DNA of 64,000 nucleotides from Prasinococcaceae sp. CCMP 1430 (taxonomy: Eukaryota; Plantae; Prasinodermophyta): the NCBI GenBank assembly GCA_013416795.1, contig RQSC01000907.1:69144-133143 (forward strand), read 5' to 3'. This document shows positions 12,001 through 20,822 of the stretch, piece after piece. A model generated the notes under the pieces. That model did not search any database, was not told the origin of the DNA, and saw nothing but the letters and a program-made list of their open reading frames with translations. A program made the translations under genes and the position numbers. Numbering within the stretch: position 1 is the first letter of the stretch; every line of letters begins with the position of its first letter.

Positions 12001-14571
12001 TTGCACTTGAGACGCTTCGATTTCGACTACGAGACTATGCAACGCCTCAAACTTCGCGACCACTTTGCTTTTCCCATGGAGCTCGATCTCGAACCATACA
12101 CGGTCGAGGGCCTCGAGGCAGAAGATATGGACCAAGAGGGGGACGCTCGCAGGGCACACCTCTCTGGGAAATACCGATACGAGCTCGCTGGTGTGGTTGT
12201 GCATAGCGGCACTGCATTTGCAGGGCACTACTACTCGATTGCCCGTGACCGCGAGTCCGGGCAGTGGCTGTGCTTCGATGACACGCGCGTGACGCCGTAC
12301 GACGTCTCGCAGCTGGAGGCTGACTGCTTTGGCGGCAAGATCGAGAGCGTGGGGCAGGATGGCAACCCGATTGAGTACGACCGGCCGAACAGTGCGTACA
12401 TGCTCGTGTATGAGAAGTGCCAGAGAGTCGAGAGCGAGGCCATGGTGCTTGAGGCGCCTGCCCATCGTTCTGCCTCTCAGGGCGTATTTCTGCAGGGCGG
12501 TGCGTCTGCTGCGAATGCCGCGGCGAAGGCCGGTGCGGCTGCGGGGCCTGCACCAACGCCTGCCCCTACGCCCTCCAAGCCAGATCCACGTGCGAAGGGA
12601 GGACTTGCCCCAGTTGAGGCCGCTATCGCTGCGGCAGCAGCGGTCATTGGGACTGAGGGAGGTGAGCTCGGCAATGGTCAGTCAGACGACCACCTCAGAA
12701 AGCAGCTCCTACGCCTGGCACGCCCGCCCGTGTCAGCGAAAGATATGGGCGTGGCCATGCCCAAGTCGGTTCACCGCTGTGTGGTGGAGCGCAACCTGCG
12801 CTTAATGCATGAGCGACAGGTGCTGAATGAGTGGTACTTCAACTTTGTCCGCGACCTGCTGCATGGGGTGTTTGAGCAGGCGCGTGTCCTCAGGCAGCGC
12901 CAGCTCACAGATGACGAGGGGCGAGTCGACACTGCCTCAACAGCCGCCGAGGAGGGCGCATGGAAGCGCGTGGCTGTGGTAGCCTCCCAGGTGGCTGCCG
13001 AATTCACGTTCTCCATATGCTTGAAATCCAGCCCGACGCTTCGCTCGCCTCCTTTCTTGCAACGCTGGGGCGAGGTTTTGAACGCTCTGATCACCAATTC
13101 ACCTGCGAACATCAAGGCCATGGGGAATCGCATTGGAGCGAAGCCGGCCATGCTGCGCCAGTATGTCATGCGCTGCCAAGTGCAAGACGTGCGGGCGTAC
13201 GCCCTCAATGTGCTGCGGAGCCTGCTCTTTTGCAGCGGGCAGTTCAATGACCGGGCACTCGCGGTCGGTGCCGAGGGCGCCAGCGCCGGCCCATCTGTGG
13301 GCACCGCGCCCAGTACCGAAGTTGATGCGCGCTGCCACGCCGTCCCCCTATGGGACGCTGTGCTGGGCCTTCGCAGCGAACTCGGGGCGCCGAAGCTGCA
13401 GCAGCAGCACTTTCTCGAGCTGGCAGCCTCTGGTGTGGAGTGCAGCACATATTTGGCGTCGGTGGCCCTGGAGACCGACCTGCTCACGCGCTGCCTGCTT
13501 GTCTTTGGAAACACGCGCAGCAGCGGGAATGTGATGCCGAGCATCAAACACCAAGCCCTGCCATTGTTGCTCCGCCTGATCAAAGAGCTTGTGCGGGCGG
13601 GCATGCAGCAGGGCGCCGCTTGCGTGGATGCTGCCGGCGGAGGCCGCGGTGCGCTATCTGCATGCGATGCTGTCGCACTGGGCGCGATGCACCCTTCGCT
13701 AGAGGCACCGCGACCTGCCTACACCCCCTTTATCAGGGATGTGGCCGTGCACCTCGCCTCAAATGAGGACGTGAAGCTCACGGTGAAGCTACTATGTTGG
13801 AACAACGCGTACGCCAGCGCGCACGCCGTCAAGGGCATTCTCGCCTACATTGAGATGGCGGAGCAGACGCCGCAGGTGACTTTGGCTGCTGACGCTCTGT
13901 TCGAGCTCGTCGGGCCGAGCATGTGCAACGATTCCGCGAGGGCAACGCGCACTGCACTGGCGCTCGTCGGCGAGCGCGGTAGCGACCCCCTCGTGATCTC
14001 GCGCCGATCACTTCTGGGGTTTCTGCTCGGCGAGTCTGCGTGCGGCACTGTAGTCTATCGCGGAAGCGCCGACGCGAACGCTGCTGCAGCGGGACAGTCA
14101 GCCGGTGCCGAGCTCAACGACGCCGACACGGATGGCTCGTCACAGTTTGACAGGGAGCTGGTCCGCGAGCACCGCGCGGAGATCCTGAAGATGCTGGCGC
14201 GCCTAGTAGACTCACAGGAGTGCGAGTGCGCCAGGCAGCTCATGTCGGGACCATTGCGTGGCGCGTGGGAGCTCGCGGTCTCGTATTGCGAGACGGATCT
14301 GACAGACCTCGCGGCAGAGAGCACCCCTTTCGACGTGCAGCCGCAAGCAAGCATCGGCAGCGACGCGGCGAGCGCTCTGGACGCCATTCGCGCGTTCCTC
14401 GACGTGCAGCCTGTGGGCATCGCCCGGCAGGCGAGTGGGGCGGCCGAGCGACGACACGTGCGAGCGGCGGGTGGGTCACCGAACACCCAACCAGCCCACC
14501 CACCTGTCGGCGATTTGGACGAGCTCCTCGACGAAGATGACGAGGAAGCTGAGGACGGGGACAGCGGCTGA
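6055..14571 (+). CDS. Ubiquitin carboxyl-terminal hydrolase (peptidase C19), USP9X/USP24/USP34-like, 2838 aa, apparently intronless
   Basis: Cys box VGLQNAGATCYMNSVIQQLF (Cys codon 11422..11424), QDAVEF, C-x2-C zinc-finger ribbon and His box VVVHSGTAFAGHYYS (His codon 12226..12228). The helical N-terminal region includes WLESKGVLKTILRSNFHHRQYVEQV, and there is an internal ubiquitin-like segment. Confidence 0.93.
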   Translation: MAGSPEYVELTGSSDDSDGNAADAQGGRVARMALTPPPRGQKPTGSEHAPEGLGNAQRGGKDTPPLVVCSDTPPSPDIDGQQEDAPALMVQLSDGGRSRDASGSDASGSGSRRASDDDDAAASGDGHLATARAQMALALARQRSPGQVRRKRTRAVPVFPQDAFETVGEGLLRFPWMVYPKHLATCLIAAAKVARRERGRVMRGRLEGEEPPPPQRTDASGNLEGIPAALRRLCIDLAPDSFEKCFDDSALKNWDDNIQCNILEAAIGLGELVVARLALHSARNEAIEDEEGGEVPPWSAPDEGEDLAALLGALARTFDVGSLFHRHHRHDPTFPGAASLAAQDAVYRSAEISAAVGIVRGAGNPGTPYEGGIGCFARPAAAGGPGSLVRMRSRTASGLEGSGTRLFSPSKRPQVGDVGSLGLSSDEEDSYEEDSLGGASMGKVGRPLAENTMAAHLVEVFCSCGGLKLIVEWLDQLPPVQELEPLLHVLASASSLWTDAAVHSFDAQCFKVLERVMHAFTEIMDAEGPADSADGDSLFVASLADANDGSLATVSQALEHLERIIALSVGEKNAGAQVARVRCGLVEMLLAGAPSFRKQLTAVRELSKLLGRVSALNVVESGPASEHAQGASVPSVLEWLESKGVLKTILRSNFHHRQYVEQVANVMLFLVQEGALREEHLADIWGVVEDPEQHDSVKTTTLGLLTTLAWHFNTAQLDALFARFESILVRGDSRSALRAVDAMEALVGDRDSSGLMTDRVVELLWRALVGNGQHCGTSDDDVAAALIDALSGATLKAGQPSKDTSGVVSIHTCGVREKLINRAVAVLARPGATARCLGLLRALLRLYPSSIACSGSVVNLQAFEDTRAERLQVLQENLQLTERLVDLVCRRPLTGGVETRDCELLLEFLDFVLTSADGRILLSEECTSRLWDVLVGDGAAGPLADYGLQWVSKLLKGKPLLDASALRALLRALEGLRSSALAESALYCVLASFVWANVQGSQKLRMGDDINLVGGDMTEFASAAAILTEVSGAACGAPPSQASAGLPSHDSLSADDVALDGFEVVWRAALEAPHTELVVYCQRLICHLYMSAACSAAADDCSGFAEICARFISVCTGELRGKSPSNDAVTALRTERALQMLRIFLDMCELQRWEVRPTAHGTSFAAPPFRVQVTHMNTPEAFSVPSNVSLAHFSEAVLARFKIDRTGVRAVLSQHGIRIAGDGLPLSALGVNREASLQLAVEPAPSAQEAACLPASAHPGAIVAGDASVFDLLYNLDACGSASVRSSASLLLGRLPTDPRLLRVCDELAQSSANVGEDLFGRLFREGVPLLYALQVLHAALSPDASQDFGRRAQLLNALTRCNARAKLIEVLETIGGNATAAHRDALRVQTAVYSAASVLDVLMHHSETTRGDPNASEELQCDRDAEDTAAALAYLSVSRRLPVVTGTPSATDALASVGAGIMHSVEGCGECSVVQAFLYKTCFEGVMRRAHGRGRLPNVLRQLLDADKTGELIASLLLETESGTSRRALTRALHAALSQEFKDCASATKTAGQGTENVEGASIDSGAEPILRREVLEVLKLLAPFRQQASDYRVSCNEYFWLLSWACENVPFEGDGSAVARDAGRLLCAIANDESKFLMQEPTENGEEDAYVRGRLHLMSKVCKQLYRRRLLSGSLAAHAATLLVARWLFPEGLLLSPEAMESITGDGCGGVPATVPGTRLCDLTRANAYQLLSGLCQDSPEALRTTLVCLRCVHFHGGADIVGWEKLPAQCSRSHSTRVGLQNAGATCYMNSVIQQLFMQPQVRARVQAVPEPACHDERTESVLYQLQSVFGALQGTSADFHQPQGFWNAFRDYDGTPVDLREHQDAVEFFTRLVDQVDEEARRKDGKSEGFVPPISGVLGGTFAQQVFGRTCPHRSEREEPFQAITLEVQGFDSLHESLAAYVRGELLEGDNAYNCDKCGAKVSALKRVCVRRAPRTLLLHLRRFDFDYETMQRLKLRDHFAFPMELDLEPYTVEGLEAEDMDQEGDARRAHLSGKYRYELAGVVVHSGTAFAGHYYSIARDRESGQWLCFDDTRVTPYDVSQLEADCFGGKIESVGQDGNPIEYDRPNSAYMLVYEKCQRVESEAMVLEAPAHRSASQGVFLQGGASAANAAAKAGAAAGPAPTPAPTPSKPDPRAKGGLAPVEAAIAAAAAVIGTEGGELGNGQSDDHLRKQLLRLARPPVSAKDMGVAMPKSVHRCVVERNLRLMHERQVLNEWYFNFVRDLLHGVFEQARVLRQRQLTDDEGRVDTASTAAEEGAWKRVAVVASQVAAEFTFSICLKSSPTLRSPPFLQRWGEVLNALITNSPANIKAMGNRIGAKPAMLRQYVMRCQVQDVRAYALNVLRSLLFCSGQFNDRALAVGAEGASAGPSVGTAPSTEVDARCHAVPLWDAVLGLRSELGAPKLQQQHFLELAASGVECSTYLASVALETDLLTRCLLVFGNTRSSGNVMPSIKHQALPLLLRLIKELVRAGMQQGAACVDAAGGGRGALSACDAVALGAMHPSLEAPRPAYTPFIRDVAVHLASNEDVKLTVKLLCWNNAYASAHAVKGILAYIEMAEQTPQVTLAADALFELVGPSMCNDSARATRTALALVGERGSDPLVISRRSLLGFLLGESACGTVVYRGSADANAAAAGQSAGAELNDADTDGSSQFDRELVREHRAEILKMLARLVDSQECECARQLMSGPLRGAWELAVSYCETDLTDLAAESTPFDVQPQASIGSDAASALDAIRAFLDVQPVGIARQASGAAERRHVRAAGGSPNTQPAHPPVGDLDELLDEDDEEAEDGDSG

Positions 14572-14605
14572 CAAAATCGGGAGGGACTTATCATGTGTAC
14601 ATGCT

Positions 14606-14617
14606 TGTAAAATTACA
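14606..14617. terminator. Back-to-back UGUAA polyadenylation signals (TGTAAAATTACA) between the convergent USP and TAF1 genes
   Basis: TGTAA lies on + at 14606..14610, 35 nt after the USP stop. TGTAA lies on - at 14617..14613, about 50 nt after the TAF1 stop. UGUAA is the established green-algal poly(A) signal. Confidence 0.65.
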
Positions 14618-14665
14618 AAGGCCCGGGGTTTGCCCCCACAAGGGGCTCGCAAAGCATGGCAGTCA

Positions 14666-17600
14666 TCACGGTGCCGGTGCTTTGGGCTTGAACTTGAACT
14701 TCAGTTTAGCCTTGGGGCCCGGCGGGTCCTGCTGCTGCGTAGCAGGGAGTGAGGCCGTGGGCGCCTCCGGCGCTGAAGGCTGGGCTGAGGGTGCCGCCAG
14801 CGCCTGCCCTGCGGCCGCCGCCTCCCTGCGCAGGTCTTCCCTGCCGGTATGAAGCATTTCTTCGGCTGAGTTGCGCAGCCACTCGAGCGCGGGTAGCGAG
14901 TTGTACTGAAAGCAGTTGTCACGGACAAGCTGCAGGTCATCCAGCGCAGCATCCAATGAGGTATACCCACGCGAGCGGTTGCGTGCGGACATGGTCGACA
15001 GGTCCATGGGTTGACTGATCACCGCGCTATAACCCGGCGCAATGTCATCGGTCACAGGGTTCAAGAAGGCTTGGAAGCGTGCATGGGGGGCCTGCACGAG
15101 ACCGAAAAGCACGCGTGCGATCGCGTCGGTCACCGCGTCCCCAGACCCGCCGCCGTGGTCCTCGACGGTCGCCGCCTGCGGCGCAGCCACTGCCTGCGCA
15201 CGCGCGCGCTTTGAGCTCAAACCGCTATCGCCATCAGAAGGCCTCTCGCGCTTCTTGCCCTTGGGCGCGGCGGAGAGCTTCGCGGAGAAAGAGAATTTGG
15301 TGCCTGCAGTCTTGATGGGCCCGTCCTTCTTCTCCCCACCACCGCGCAACTTTTGCTGCGCCTGTTCGACCTCCCTGCGAAACTTTGGGTCTGCCGCCAT
15401 TTTGGCCTCAAGTTCCTGCTGCTGTTTGATTTTTTTGTCGATCTGCGCTTGCGTACGCCTCTTCTTCTCCTTGAGCTTGCGCCTATCCTTGACGGCGAGT
15501 TTGCGGGCGAGCAGGTCGTCCGCCAGAGCGCCTGCGTCGGCCTCTTCGAGGTCAACGTCGCCTTCTATCTTTGCCGCGGCGTTCGCCTTGGTGAGCCCGG
15601 CCTTCGCCCGCTTCTTCACCCCCGCCACCCGCGCCATCCACTCGCGGACTTTGGACGGGTCGCGAATCTCCACGACCTTCTGAGAGGGCGCATCGTTCGC
15701 GCCCTCCTTGGCGGGGACGTTGTATGTAAGCCGAACGAAGCGCTGCTTCTTGACGCGGCGTGGGGCCGTGTCGTCCGCGTCAGCGCCCTCGCCGTCTGCG
15801 CCAGCAGTGCCAGCCGCCCCCGCGCCGGCGGCGCCTGTGATGAGGCCACCCTTGCGCATCTCCTCGAGCAGCTTCGCCTCCTCGGCTTCCTTCTCGGCCT
15901 CATCACGTTGGTCCTCCTTCTTGGCCTCCTTGTCAAGCAGCTCCTCGAGGTCATCGGCAAAAGATTCGAGGTCCGAGCCGCTATCTTCGCCCTCGCTGTC
16001 GCCGCGTACGCCCTTAAGGAACGCATATTGGCCATCAAAGAGCTCCTGGCACTTGCGCGTGTGCTGGCGCTGCTGGCGAACGACATTGACGTCCGAGCCA
16101 CGAGCGAAGTGGTGTGTACCCGCAGCGCCGGCCTCCACTGCGGCGGTACTGAGCTGGCGCACCAGATTGATGCGGTCCCACCGGGCCAGCTGCAGGATCT
16201 CCGCGTCGGAGACGCCGTAGCGACGCAGGATGGCTCGAGCGGCATCCATGGTCAGACGGCGCAGGTCGTTGTTGGTGCCTGTGATGGCCTGGCGCTTCGA
16301 CCCACGCCTCGTTTTCTTGCCGCGCTCGTCAACCGCCGGTTTCTTTGGCTCGGCCTTCGTCTTCTTGATGCCGTCCGGATCTTCGCCGGGCGCGAGCTTG
16401 CGCAGATAGCTGATGCCCTTGCCGCGGCCGGTGGGGTCACCGGCGCCCCCGAGCTGCATTTGGCCGTTGCCCCCAACTGTGCTCAGGAAGTTGGCGCTGA
16501 TGTTCCAGGGAGTCAGCTGAAGCTCGCGAAGGATATTGATGGCCACTTGCCGCGCCTCGCTGTCCTCGGGTAGCTGCGCGATCGCGTCTCGCAGGCCGTC
16601 GGGTGTCACACCCTCCTCGCTCGTGTCTACGCCGACGGCCTCGAGCCGCGCGCACGCCGAAAGCATCGCCTCCTGAGCGCACGCCATCTCCGGCGTGCAC
16701 ATGCGGCGAATCTCGGCCTCAGCCGGGATGACGAACCCCGGCTTGAGCCGGAAGAACATGGGTCCCCCATCGCGAATCAGATCAGTGCAGTGGCGCACGC
16801 GCCTGCGAATGTGTTCGTCTTTCAGCGGTTTGAACGTGCTGTACACGTCGGTGCACTTGATCTGCGGAGGTGCCACGCCAGGAGGCACCACGGCGGGGCC
16901 CGGTTTCTTGTCTGCCTTGAGCAGCTTCCGGAATTCGCGATACATGTACGCGAGAAGACGCGTCTCTTCAAACTGCTGTGCCGCCTTCGATGCTGGCTTG
17001 AAGACCTCCAGTTTGGGCTCTTGCTGTCCGACGGCGTGTGCGCGATCGATGAGACGCAGTGACAGATGACCGTCGGTGTGACGCACTAGCAAGAAGTCGC
17101 TCGGGCGAGGATCTTGGCCCGCCGCGGGCGCGCGCGCAAGCGAAGTCTCCAGCGAGCACATTGCATGACCCGGATGGACATCGGCAATGAAGGGGGAGTC
17201 CTCTTCTTTGTCGAGGAACTGCCAACTAGCGAGCGAGCCGGCGTCTTGCCTCTGCTTGAGGGAAGGCATGTCTGCCCCGCCCTTGCGACGGTACCATGCG
17301 TTGTACCGCCCACCCATGCCTCGCCCCGAGAGCATCAATGGGAACTCCTCCGTGTACTCGAAGAGCACCACCCTGCCGTCCTCCGCGCTGAGATTCTTCT
17401 CGCGTTGGAACGCTGCTGGCGGGCACACGGGCCGGTCGTCGTCGGGAACGCGGCGATCGGGTAGCAGGGTAAGCTGCGTCGCGCTGGCCACCAGCTTCGA
17501 GTTGTCAACAATTCCCTGGGCGCCGAGGGTGAGGTCAGGCCGCAGCTCCGTGCCGCGGTAGTACAGGCGTAGTGGCGGTGCCGCTAGCGACGCCACAGCG

Positions 17601-19501
17601 GCTTGGCCATTCCACCAATGTTGTGCCAGCGATTCAATGAACACAGAGGTTGGCGAATTGAGATCACAGGCGGCCCTCGTCGAGCGGCCAGCCAGCGTGC
17701 GCACGAGCACCTTTGTCCCCGTGCCTTTGGCCTGCGCACCCTTCTTGTTCGGAGCCTCTCTCGTCGAGGCAGCTGCCGCATCCCAAGTGGACCTCGGCCG
17801 GTGGGCGCGCTCCAGCCTGCGCATCTGCTCCCCAGTGCCAAAAGCCGGCGGCATCGTGAGGAGCTTGAGGGCCGGGATTGCGTGGGCCACACGCGTACGC
17901 GCGCTGCCGCCAGGGTTCTGGCTCTTGTCCTTTTTCTTCTTCGCAGTGTACACCAGATCCGACGACACATTGAACGCATCGTCCGGCAGGTCCTCGGCCG
18001 CCAGCACTTGATTCGCCGGCGGGGGGGGCGCCAGTACGACCGTGGCCCCTCCGAGCCTGACCTCTCCTATCGCATCGTGCGTGGTCGCCTCAAATGACAG
18101 CCAAGGGTCATTTAGGTCTGGCATGCACGGGTCGTCTGCCTGCGCGTCGCCTTCGACGGCACGCTCGACCGCCTGGTCCAGCCACTCCTCGCTGCGCAGT
18201 GCTGCGTTGCATCGGTACGGATCGCTACTGCCTGTCAATCTCACGGCCGCTTTCTCCTCCGTCTCGCCCCACAGCGTAGTTGCTCCCGCCTGGCCGGCGA
18301 GGTGGCGCCGCAGCTCGAGTTCTACGCGCACTGCTTCTGCCTCAGCCTCGCTGTCTCCATCATCGTCAGCGTCGTAGTCGAAGTCGTTGGCATTTTCGCG
18401 GATCCTGCCCTTGCGTCCGTCGCCCCGCGAGCCGAGCGCCTCACACGTGACCACAGTGGGGGGCACGGTTCTGTGGGTGAGCGCCCGCTCTTTCTGCCGC
18501 TCTTTGGGAGCGGCATCAGGGCGCTCGTCCATTGCCGCGTCCCACGCCCCGTCAGCTTGCTCGCCTGTTCTTCCACCGTCAGCAGGACACACGGGGCGAT
18601 CAGACAGGGCGAGTCCGCCGGCCTCCCCATCTTGCTGCATCATGTCGGCCTCGTCGCTGTCAAATTCCTGGCTGTCGGCCACAGTCGACCGTGACCCGTC
18701 GCCATCGCTGCCCCACGCGATGTTGTCCTCCCAGCGGCTCTGATCCAGGAGCGAGTACCCCGCTGCGAGGGCCACCATCGAGCCGGGGGGGGCGGGCGCC
18801 CCCGCCCCCGACGACCAACGTTCTGCCGTAGCGGGGCGCGGCGTCGCCTGCATGAGCGCCTCAGCCAGCACCAGCGGTCTCGCGCCCGGCTTGCGCTTGC
18901 TGCGACCGGCGTCTTTGGCCTTGTGCTGGCTACCATCGTCCTTGGGTGGCTGCTCCTCCTCGGCGGCGTTCGCGGCGTTCTTCTCGCGTCGGCGCCGCGC
19001 CCCTCCTCCGCCCCCACCGACGAGCGCGGGGACATCATCGTCGCTCTCGTCCCCGCTCTGCTTGGCTCGCTGAGTCGCCTCGTCGGCCGCCGTGCGCGCG
19101 AGCGCACGAGCGCGCTTCGCCGCCTTCCGGTGCTTCTTCGTGTTGAGGGCGCCGCGCATCGACGCGTCGCGCGGTGCCGACAGCGCGTCCTGCAGCGCCG
19201 TGTACTGCAGGATCTGTGTGCCACCGCTCCCGCGGAAGAGGACCGGCAGTGCTTTTGTCACGCCGCCCACAGTCAAGTGCGCCTTGTTCGCGCCTGCGCC
19301 GCTGGCGATCGCGCCAAGGGCGGACGGACCTGCGGGCGCCATCAACGACACGAGCGGTGCGCCTGCTGCGGTGGCTTCTGGTGCCGCCAGCGACACCAAC
19401 GGCTGCTGCCCCTGCGCGCTCGGAGGTGGCTCCGTCTCATCGACGCGCATCGCGCCCTCGTCCTCCATGAGCGCCATGAAACCACCGCCATTGTCCTCCA
19501 T
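14666..19501 (-). CDS. TAF1: Transcription initiation factor TFIID subunit 1
   Basis: 1611-aa ORF with a plant-type inserted ubiquitin-like domain (TKVLVRTLAG...LYYRGTELRPDLTLGAQGI), the TAF1 core (LSAEDGRVVLFEYTEEFPLMLSGRGMG; CTPEMACAQEAM; TPWNISANF) and a single C-terminal bromodomain (FLNPV...APGY...PMDLSTM...NCFQYN). Confidence 0.93.
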   Translation of the reverse strand: MEDNGGGFMALMEDEGAMRVDETEPPPSAQGQQPLVSLAAPEATAAGAPLVSLMAPAGPSALGAIASGAGANKAHLTVGGVTKALPVLFRGSGGTQILQYTALQDALSAPRDASMRGALNTKKHRKAAKRARALARTAADEATQRAKQSGDESDDDVPALVGGGGGGARRRREKNAANAAEEEQPPKDDGSQHKAKDAGRSKRKPGARPLVLAEALMQATPRPATAERWSSGAGAPAPPGSMVALAAGYSLLDQSRWEDNIAWGSDGDGSRSTVADSQEFDSDEADMMQQDGEAGGLALSDRPVCPADGGRTGEQADGAWDAAMDERPDAAPKERQKERALTHRTVPPTVVTCEALGSRGDGRKGRIRENANDFDYDADDDGDSEAEAEAVRVELELRRHLAGQAGATTLWGETEEKAAVRLTGSSDPYRCNAALRSEEWLDQAVERAVEGDAQADDPCMPDLNDPWLSFEATTHDAIGEVRLGGATVVLAPPPPANQVLAAEDLPDDAFNVSSDLVYTAKKKKDKSQNPGGSARTRVAHAIPALKLLTMPPAFGTGEQMRRLERAHRPRSTWDAAAASTREAPNKKGAQAKGTGTKVLVRTLAGRSTRAACDLNSPTSVFIESLAQHWWNGQAAVASLAAPPLRLYYRGTELRPDLTLGAQGIVDNSKLVASATQLTLLPDRRVPDDDRPVCPPAAFQREKNLSAEDGRVVLFEYTEEFPLMLSGRGMGGRYNAWYRRKGGADMPSLKQRQDAGSLASWQFLDKEEDSPFIADVHPGHAMCSLETSLARAPAAGQDPRPSDFLLVRHTDGHLSLRLIDRAHAVGQQEPKLEVFKPASKAAQQFEETRLLAYMYREFRKLLKADKKPGPAVVPPGVAPPQIKCTDVYSTFKPLKDEHIRRRVRHCTDLIRDGGPMFFRLKPGFVIPAEAEIRRMCTPEMACAQEAMLSACARLEAVGVDTSEEGVTPDGLRDAIAQLPEDSEARQVAINILRELQLTPWNISANFLSTVGGNGQMQLGGAGDPTGRGKGISYLRKLAPGEDPDGIKKTKAEPKKPAVDERGKKTRRGSKRQAITGTNNDLRRLTMDAARAILRRYGVSDAEILQLARWDRINLVRQLSTAAVEAGAAGTHHFARGSDVNVVRQQRQHTRKCQELFDGQYAFLKGVRGDSEGEDSGSDLESFADDLEELLDKEAKKEDQRDEAEKEAEEAKLLEEMRKGGLITGAAGAGAAGTAGADGEGADADDTAPRRVKKQRFVRLTYNVPAKEGANDAPSQKVVEIRDPSKVREWMARVAGVKKRAKAGLTKANAAAKIEGDVDLEEADAGALADDLLARKLAVKDRRKLKEKKRRTQAQIDKKIKQQQELEAKMAADPKFRREVEQAQQKLRGGGEKKDGPIKTAGTKFSFSAKLSAAPKGKKRERPSDGDSGLSSKRARAQAVAAPQAATVEDHGGGSGDAVTDAIARVLFGLVQAPHARFQAFLNPVTDDIAPGYSAVISQPMDLSTMSARNRSRGYTSLDAALDDLQLVRDNCFQYNSLPALEWLRNSAEEMLHTGREDLRREAAAAGQALAAPSAQPSAPEAPTASLPATQQQDPPGPKAKLKFKFKPKAPAP

Positions 19502-19910
19502 TGCTGCCGGGCCGGCCGCGCTTGCGCTGCGCGCTTAGGGCACCGCGAGGACGAGCCGGGCGGCCGCGGGCCGCCGGCCTCAACCTCTCGCCGCCCTGCC
19601 CCCTCCCCCCCACACACACGCACGCACACACAAACGCCCCCACCCCGCAAAGCACCGCCACCACCACCGGACTCGACTCGTGCGGGCGGGACGGGATCGA
19701 CGAGCGATCTGATCCGGTCCGGGCCTGGCCTCCGCCCCCTCCGTAGCGCCCTGCCGCCGCGCCTCCGCGCGCCGCGCCGCCCGCCCAGCCCGCGGCGGGC
19801 GCGCCAGCGACTCGGAGTGGCGCGCGGCGCAGCGCGCACAACGCGCGGGAGGGGACAGGGCACCGACCGGATGGGCGGCAGGCCATACAAAGCCAAACGC
19901 GGCCGGGACG

Positions 19911-19935
19911 AAAAAAAAAAAAAAAAAAAAAAAAA
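19911..19935. repeat. A25 homopolymer in the TAF1/SnRK1 divergent intergenic region
   Basis: 25 consecutive A. A G21 run lies at 20438..20458 in the same intergenic region. Confidence 0.9.
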
Positions 19936-20822
19936 GCCGATCCCGATCCCGATCCCGCCGACCGGCCGGCCGGTCGTGCGCGCATCCGCATCACCGACCG
20001 GCCGACCGGCCCATGTTTTCCCAGGCGGTGGATAGGGACTGCCCACCAACCAACCCACCAACGCGAGGCCCGCGGGGCGGCTCGCTGTCTGCGGCGGGGC
20101 ATCCGACCGAACCCCCGCGCGACCCTGACTGACCGACCGACGAGCGAGGGGATGGATGGCCGCCATCGGACGGGCGGGTGGGAAAAGTTTTCGTCGGAGA
20201 CGCACGCGCCTGGCTCCATCGATCTGCGCCCGGGCACGATGGGTCGGTCGGTCGGTGGGCGGGAGCAGGTTGGCGAGCGACGAGCTGGGCGAGGCTTGGC
20301 GCCCCGCCCCGTCCGTCCGTCCGACGTGTCAGGCGCCTCCTTTGGTTTTGATGGGTGGCGCCGCGCGCGCGCGGGCGGGGCGGCCGCCACGTCACGGGGG
20401 CGAGGGCGCGCGTTTCGCGTTTCGCAGGCGCTGGCGCCGGGGGGGGGGGGGGGGGGGGAAGAGGGAGAGCGGCGCTCGCCACACCGCAGGCTTCAAGCGC
20501 GAAGAGCGCGCCTGGCGGGTACACACGCGCGCCGCAGGCACGAGGCAGAGGGAGGGCAGGAAGGGGAGGGGGGGGGTCGCCGGGAGCGCGGCGCGGCGGC
20601 GCACTCCGCCCTCCGCGCTCGCTCGCTCCGCGATTTGTACCGCCTGGCGCAGGTGGGGCGCAGGCGCCTCGGCGCCCGGGTGGCCGGGGGGTGGGAGGTT
20701 GGTCGCGAGCGCGCTGCGCGCCACGCGGCGCGGCGGCAGAGCAAGGAAGGCGAGAGAGGGGCGAGGGAGGGAAAGGCGCCGCGCCCGCGCCGCGTGCCTC
20801 GCGGACGGCGGCGCGAGCGGCC

